The notes under the pieces are model-generated. The model did no database searches. It was not told where the DNA came from and saw only the letters and a list, made by a program, of their open reading frames with translations. A program made the position numbers and the translations under genes. Shown in pieces: positions 62,401 through 64,000 of a stretch of 64,000 nt of DNA; position 1 is the first letter of the stretch, and each line of letters begins with the position of its first letter. The stretch covers positions 36,332,001 to 36,396,000 of the forward strand of contig NC_059432.1 of the NCBI RefSeq assembly GCF_021028975.2. Direction: 5' to 3'. The stretch is from Sphaerodactylus townsendi. Its lineage: Eukaryota.

Positions 62401-63445
62401 GCACTCCTTCTGTGCTTCGGTGAGATTGTAGTGCATACATAGCACAGCCTGAACTAACAGAGAGCCAAACATTCTGCTTTTAAGATTAGTAGAGTATACA
62501 AAAGTGTAAAAAGCAAACATGATCTACGGTACAGTGGCTACAGTGCTGAACTGTGATTTGTTCATAACAACTTGAGAAGGAATACTTCTAGTGGTTTCCT
62601 AGCATTATTCTACTCTTTTCATCAGTGATGAAAAAATATAGATTATCATTGTGTAAAAAAAATCTACAGATAATTTTTGAAGCACTGAAACTATATACTT
62701 TTGGACAGCCTACATTGAGGAATATTAGAAAGAATTAAATGAAGAGATTTTCAAGAGCTCACAAATTTAGGTCATAACAGACCCAAACAATCCCTATTCA
62801 AGTTCACTCAGAGAAATAAGGCTGAGTGAAAATATTTATATGTATTTAAAGGGTACTTTATTGTTTTTACCTAAACAAACTTTTGTATTACAGTAACTGC
62901 ATCAAGTAGCTAAATCAGACAACAACGAAAAATCAACAGCCTATACAGAGGACTTAATGGAGGAGAACTTTTTAAAGGAATTATGTGCATTTATTTAGAA
63001 TGTAGTTTGAATGGTTTACGAACAGGTTAGTAAACTTTCTCATCTTTTCCACAATAAGTAAATCATTTAAAACAGCCAGCTTTAGCAAATTTTAAATGCC
63101 ATGGAACAACTTTAAAGTTGTGTGAGTATTTTATGCTGTTTCAAAATAGAGCTTGCTTTTTCGTGGCCTTTGAAAATGCTTTAGTTTTCTCCCAACATCT
63201 GTTCATTTGTAATGACACACATGAAACAAACAAAGGCTTGGAATTCCAAAGAGAATACAATAAGACTAGACTAAGATTCATTAAATGACTTGCGCAGTAG
63301 TCTTTTACCATTCTGTTGGTAATTGTACAAGACAAGTGGATGCACCCATTCATTCAAAAAGTTACATTTCAACAGAATGCAAGGAAGAAATATACTCACC
63401 TTTTTACATTCATCTGCTCTTTTAGCTTGCTGTACATTTCCAGTA
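16800..63445 (-). CDS. EXOC6: Exocyst complex component 6 (Sec15A), partial multi-exon CDS (16 exons, 1748 nt in window)
   Basis: Manually spliced GT-AG exons give a continuous ORF from LEMYSKLKEQ..RYYSALKTMEQLEN to ..FASSEPVPGFQGETLQLAFIDLRQ. Phases are compatible at all 15 junctions. Residues match recalled EXOC6 rather than EXOC6B. Confidence 0.97.
17388..17561 (+). mobile_element. RTE-clade (BovB-like) LINE 3' fragment
   Basis: Translates GKQKRGRPMTHWLETIKRD...REEWRQLVYRVSKSRTLLN*, resembling the RTE ORF C-terminus. Confidence 0.8.
18215..18291. mobile_element. Half copy of palindromic hAT MITE
   Basis: Matches the right half of the element at 20325-20472. Confidence 0.8.
18337..18450. 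mobile_element. Palindromic hAT (Charlie-like) MITE
   Basis: CAGGGGTGTCCAACTCTGG...CCAGAGTTGGACACCCCTG; degenerate 8-bp TSD ATCTACAC/GTCTACGT. Confidence 0.85.
19099..19240 (-). CDS. EXOC6: EXOC6 exon (~19), 142 nt, GKVAQTACMS...NLDVIQCE
   Basis: cttgatag|GGGAAA...TGTGAAT|gtaagt. Confidence 0.97.
20325..20472. mobile_element. Palindromic hAT MITE
   Basis: CAGGGG...CCCCTG foldback; perfect 8-bp TSD AATTAAAC. Confidence 0.92.
22290..22485. other. Assembly gap
   Basis: 196 N. Confidence 1.
23994..24186. mobile_element. Penelope-like inverted pLTR fragment
   Basis: AGTCCAGTAGCACCTTAGAGAACAACAAAATTTTCCAGGGT with an inverted copy; related piece at 57565-57680. Confidence 0.55.
24728..25080 (+). 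mobile_element. R4/Dong-type (RLE) LINE 3' fragment with A/TAA-rich tail
   Basis: Decayed EKI.KY.DL..E...L...VIIGTLA reading frame; shares its 3'UTR with the copies at 43960 and 54106. Confidence 0.75.
26649..26678 (-). CDS. EXOC6: Candidate alternative 30-nt EXOC6 microexon (NNNNDHAAMS)
   Basis: gcctgactggtttccttctcag|AATAACAACAATGACCATGCAGCTATGTCG|gtaagt; phase 0/0, no stop; three downstream GCATG motifs. Confidence 0.72.
27213..27595. mobile_element. PIF/Harbinger-like MITE related to 4335-4850
   Basis: Right TIR GTGCGGAAACGGCC; left TIR eroded after GGCCG; 3-bp TSD ATA/ATA; CpG-rich. Confidence 0.65.
28788..29100. repeat. Long AT-rich inverted repeat (~100-bp arms, ~100-bp spacer), probable old MITE
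   Basis: TTGGCATTGTTAAACATAGCACTTTGATAAAAGAGCATTTA has a perfect reverse complement in the right arm; outer arms are diverged. Confidence 0.85.
29160..29400 (-). mobile_element. L2-like 3' end with long (TAA)n microsatellite tail (29160-29227)
   Basis: CCGCCCTATCCCCGAAGGGCTC end motif also present near 35525 and 38570. Confidence 0.65.
30592..30727. mobile_element. hAT-like MITE with duplicated right end
   Basis: (T)AGTGGTGGGATTCA...TGAATCCCACCACTG; TTGTTAAATTATTT(A/G)AATCCCACCAC occurs twice; no TSD seen. Confidence 0.6.
31353..31538 (+). mobile_element. SPIN-like (URR1-like) non-autonomous hAT MITE
   Basis: CAGCGGTTCTCAAC...GGGGTCACCACAACATGAGGAACTGTATTAAAGGG...GGTTGAGAACCACTG; TSD ATCTAGAC/TTCTAGAC. 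Confidence 0.85.
32029..32043 (-). CDS. EXOC6: Candidate alternative 15-nt EXOC6 microexon (KHHSG)
   Basis: tgtgctttctgctctag|AAACATCATAGTGGT|gtaagt; phase 0/0, in frame, no stop. Confidence 0.62.
32983..33120. mobile_element. Diverged palindromic hAT MITE
   Basis: Shares the CCCATCAGCCCCTGCC core; partial TSD ATATAAAG/AAGTAAAG. Confidence 0.75.
33854..34039 (+). mobile_element. SPIN-like hAT MITE
   Basis: Highly similar to 31353-31538; TSD GTCTATGG/GTCTATGA. Confidence 0.85.
34080..34219 (+). mobile_element. Rearranged SPIN-like hAT MITE
   Basis: Both TIRs present; perfect TSD ATCTAAAG; internal deletion plus ~31-bp duplication. Confidence 0.85.
34828..35007 (-). CDS. EXOC6: EXOC6 exon (~18), 180 nt, DARHAAEGEI...FQVFTHLP
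   Basis: cattcag|GATGCA...TTGCCT|gtaagt. Confidence 0.97.
35451..35497. repeat. (TGAT)n microsatellite
   Basis: About 11-12 units; forms the tail of an L2-like end. Confidence 0.95.
37270..37610 (+). mobile_element. R4/Dong-type (RLE) LINE 3' fragment
   Basis: ORF EKLTRYEDLRIELQRLW..VVPVVIGTLG..LQKATLLGS..IIRRY*, typical of the C-terminus of restriction-like endonuclease LINEs; TAA-like tail. Confidence 0.8.
40233..40432 (-). mobile_element. 5S rRNA-derived SINE
   Basis: Same family as 53846-54030; further partial copies near 11220, 28515 and 33585. Confidence 0.8.
40923..41057 (-). CDS. EXOC6: EXOC6 exon (~17), 135 nt, LVQIIINTTH...LYGLSTFK
   Basis: gtttcag|CTGGTA...TTTAAG|gtatgt. Confidence 0.97.
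41517..41710. mobile_element. Partial PIF/Harbinger-like MITE
   Basis: Begins GGCCCTTTCCGCACGGG, similar to the TIR of the two elements above; right end not located. Confidence 0.5.
42063..42174 (-). CDS. EXOC6: EXOC6 exon (~16), 112 nt, STEIDDMLRK...PHIGLTE
   Basis: ttttcag|TTCAACA...ACAGAG|gtaagt. Confidence 0.97.
42797..42929. other. Assembly gap
   Basis: 133 N, directly after an L2-like 3' end motif; probably a microsatellite tail. Confidence 1.
43270..43487. mobile_element. MITE-like repeat with AGGGTTGCCA-type termini
   Basis: Ends GGTTGGCAACCCT; related copies near 6380-6610, 30250-30400 and 52265-52400. Confidence 0.55.
43557..43895 (+). mobile_element. L2-like LINE 3' fragment
   Basis: FCRACKTELFHRAF-type ORF end, then ...CTGAGCCCTTCAGGG...(TTA)n tail. 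Confidence 0.65.
43960..44040 (+). mobile_element. Short R4/Dong-type 3' end with (TAA)n tail
   Basis: Matches the 3'UTR at 24958-25018; embedded in a TAA/CAA microsatellite. Confidence 0.75.
45344..45453 (-). CDS. EXOC6: EXOC6 exon (~15), 110 nt, QCFPKKLPMS...SESLHR(S)
   Basis: ttccacag|CAGTGT...CGCAG|gtaagc (NAGNAG acceptor). Confidence 0.95.
45660..46170 (-). mobile_element. L2-like LINE 3' fragment
   Basis: Reverse-complement similarity to 43557-43640 (GGGCCCTGCGGGACCTTGGCGAGTTC); TTTA-type tail. Confidence 0.65.
47120..47225 (-). CDS. EXOC6: EXOC6 exon (~14), 106 nt, DIFEADNYSP...FQDLELDK
   Basis: atgcag|GGATATT...GATAAG|gtgagt. Confidence 0.96.
48325..48422 (-). CDS. EXOC6: EXOC6 exon (~13), 98 nt, GYGFPVNRLF...KWAVLF(R)
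   Basis: ttttag|GGTTAT...TTCAG|gttagt. Confidence 0.96.
49786..49857 (-). CDS. EXOC6: EXOC6 exon (~12), 72 nt, SYCTDPDLVLELKNLIVVFADTLQ
   Basis: ctttcag|TCCTAT...TTGCAG|gttggt. Confidence 0.96.
50136..50396 (-). mobile_element. tRNA-headed SINE sharing its tail with the 5S-SINE family
   Basis: Minus-strand A-box-like GTAGTGGTTAAAG and B-box-like GGTTTGAATCCC; tail TTTTCAAGG..AGAGGTGGTTTGCCA shared with the 5S-SINE copies. Confidence 0.7.
51411..51531 (-). CDS. EXOC6: EXOC6 exon (~11), 121 nt, FFVVEDHILH...IIAVLRTHS
   Basis: gtgtcag|CTTTTTTGTA...CATTCG|gtaagt. Confidence 0.96.
52667..52713 (-). CDS. EXOC6: EXOC6 exon (~10), 47 nt, HETVEGYRRYFSQIV(G)
   Basis: tttaaag|CATGAA...GTAGG|gtaagt; preceded by a 124-nt intron. 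Confidence 0.95.
52838..52921 (-). CDS. EXOC6: EXOC6 exon (~9), 84 nt, ADAETFENYYRKQRRKQARLVLQPQSNM
   Basis: ttccttag|GCTGAT...AATATG|gtactt. Confidence 0.96.
53174..53300 (+). mobile_element. Penelope-like pLTR fragment
   Basis: CTGAAGATGCC..GAAACGTTAGGAG..GTGAAAGCCTTCAACAATAC; related fragments at 3650-3750, 11366-11391 and 42291-42380. Confidence 0.65.
53502..53641. mobile_element. Palindromic hAT MITE
   Basis: CAGAGGTGTCCAAC...GTTGGACACCTCTG; TSD CTCTAGGA/CTCTAGGG. Confidence 0.9.
53846..54030 (-). mobile_element. 5S rRNA-derived SINE
   Basis: Reverse complement contains GATCTCATCAGACCTCAGAAGCTAAGCAGGGTC..TTAGTACTTGGATGGGAGAC (5S box A/C region) plus a non-5S tail. Confidence 0.8.
54106..54408 (-). 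mobile_element. 5'-inverted R4/Dong-type LINE insertion
   Basis: 3' part on minus (54249-54106), 5' part on plus (~54247-54414); TSD GATACAA(A/G)TATTAT. Confidence 0.8.
55725..55968 (+). mobile_element. CR1 LINE 3' fragment
   Basis: GACATTAGAAAA..TTTAC..CAGTGGAA..TTCAAG..GGGGCTGGACTA..; ATTCTA-type octamer-like tail. Confidence 0.8.
57005..57073 (-). CDS. EXOC6: EXOC6 exon (~8), 69 nt, VLTAHDLVDFSPVYRCLHIYSVL
   Basis: cctacag|GTTCTG...GTTCTG|gtat; Sec15 DFSPVYRCLHI motif. Confidence 0.96.
57234..57331. mobile_element. Internally deleted hAT MITE
   Basis: Same family as 20325-20472; TSD GGCTAGTT/GGCTAATT. Confidence 0.85.
58453..58599 (-). CDS. EXOC6: EXOC6 exon (~7), 147 nt, AQQQKTF...EEEEEHEAE
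   Basis: atgcag|GCACAG...GCTGAG|gtattt; lies within ORF 58429..58647. Confidence 0.93.
59559..59763 (-). CDS. EXOC6: EXOC6 exon (~6), 205 nt, YYSALKTMEQ...IGETAMKQ
   Basis: ttttcag|ATATTAC...AAACAG|gtataa; lies within ORF 59553..59888. Confidence 0.97.
61773..61888. repeat. Perfect 53-bp tandem duplication with a 10-bp partial unit between the copies
   Basis: 61773-61825 is identical to 61836-61888. Confidence 0.95.
63400..63445 (-). CDS. EXOC6: EXOC6 exon (~5), 46 nt, (V)LEMYSKLKEQMNVK(R)
   Basis: ttcag|TACTGGAAATG...AAAAG|gtgagt. Confidence 0.93.
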
Positions 63446-64000
63446 CTGAATAAATGAAGATATGAAGATGCATAAGTTCTACTAGAAATCATGAATACAT
63501 TCCAATACGTGGGCGTGCCTGTGTATATATTACATATACATTCATGCACCCACTGCATTATCAATTTTAGAGACAAACACAACAGGATAATGAAAGTAAC
63601 CAAAACATAAAATAATATATGCATACTCAGGGAAGCACATTAACAGTGACAAAATCAGAGAAAGAATAACTTTGGACACCACAATCAAGCCTATTACCCA
63701 TATTCTAACATATTCCCAATTTACCTCTTAAGCAAAGAAAAAAAACTCCACAGCGTGCCTAAATTACACTGTGGGGAGCACAGCAGGCCAACAGTACCAC
63801 CTACTGTAATCCTCCAAAGTTACAGCAAAATGAAAGAGCGGAAGGTCAGAGATGCCTACTGGGGCATTTCATAGAAGACATGCTCTACCTAGGAGAAATC
63901 TGGCACACTTCAAAGGCTCACATGCAATATTATAGTAGCTAGCTAAAAATAAATATCCAAAATTTCTGCAGGATTCATAAAGACCCTGGTACAGTGTTGC

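Noticed and set aside
16800-63445. Assignment as paralog EXOC6B
   Set aside because: Motifs such as RYYSALKTMEQLEN, KPHIGLTE and FASSEPVPGFQG match recalled EXOC6 better
1-64000. CRISPR arrays, operons or other prokaryotic/phage systems
   Set aside because: The sequence is a spliced vertebrate gene with LINEs, SINEs and MITEs; no regular repeat-spacer array was seen

Overview
Vertebrate genomic DNA. The repeat content suggests a squamate reptile, probably a gecko (inference). The whole window lies inside one minus-strand gene, EXOC6 (exocyst subunit Sec15A). I mapped 16 GT-AG coding exons between 63445 and 16800 (1748 nt, frame-consistent, probably exons 5-20); the 5' exons and the last exons are not in the window. 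The main finding is two candidate in-frame microexons, absent from the ORF track, in the 15.6-kb intron between FTHLP and GKVAQ. One is 15 nt (32029-32043, KHHSG) with UGC motifs at its acceptor. The other is 30 nt (26649-26678, NNNNDHAAMS) with three downstream (U)GCAUG motifs. Together they could form a regulated, combinatorial insert in the Sec15 C-terminal region. The introns also contain: an internally deleted LTR element with a tRNA-Leu-type PBS and a nested CpG-rich MITE; a 216-bp loopless palindrome; SPIN-like and other hAT MITEs; R4/Dong-type LINE 3' ends, one with twin-priming architecture; RTE, CR1 and L2 fragments; 5S- and tRNA-derived SINEs; Penelope fragments; several enhancer-like motif clusters; and two assembly gaps. 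Repeat family names, exon numbers and human comparisons come from recalled sequences, not database searches.
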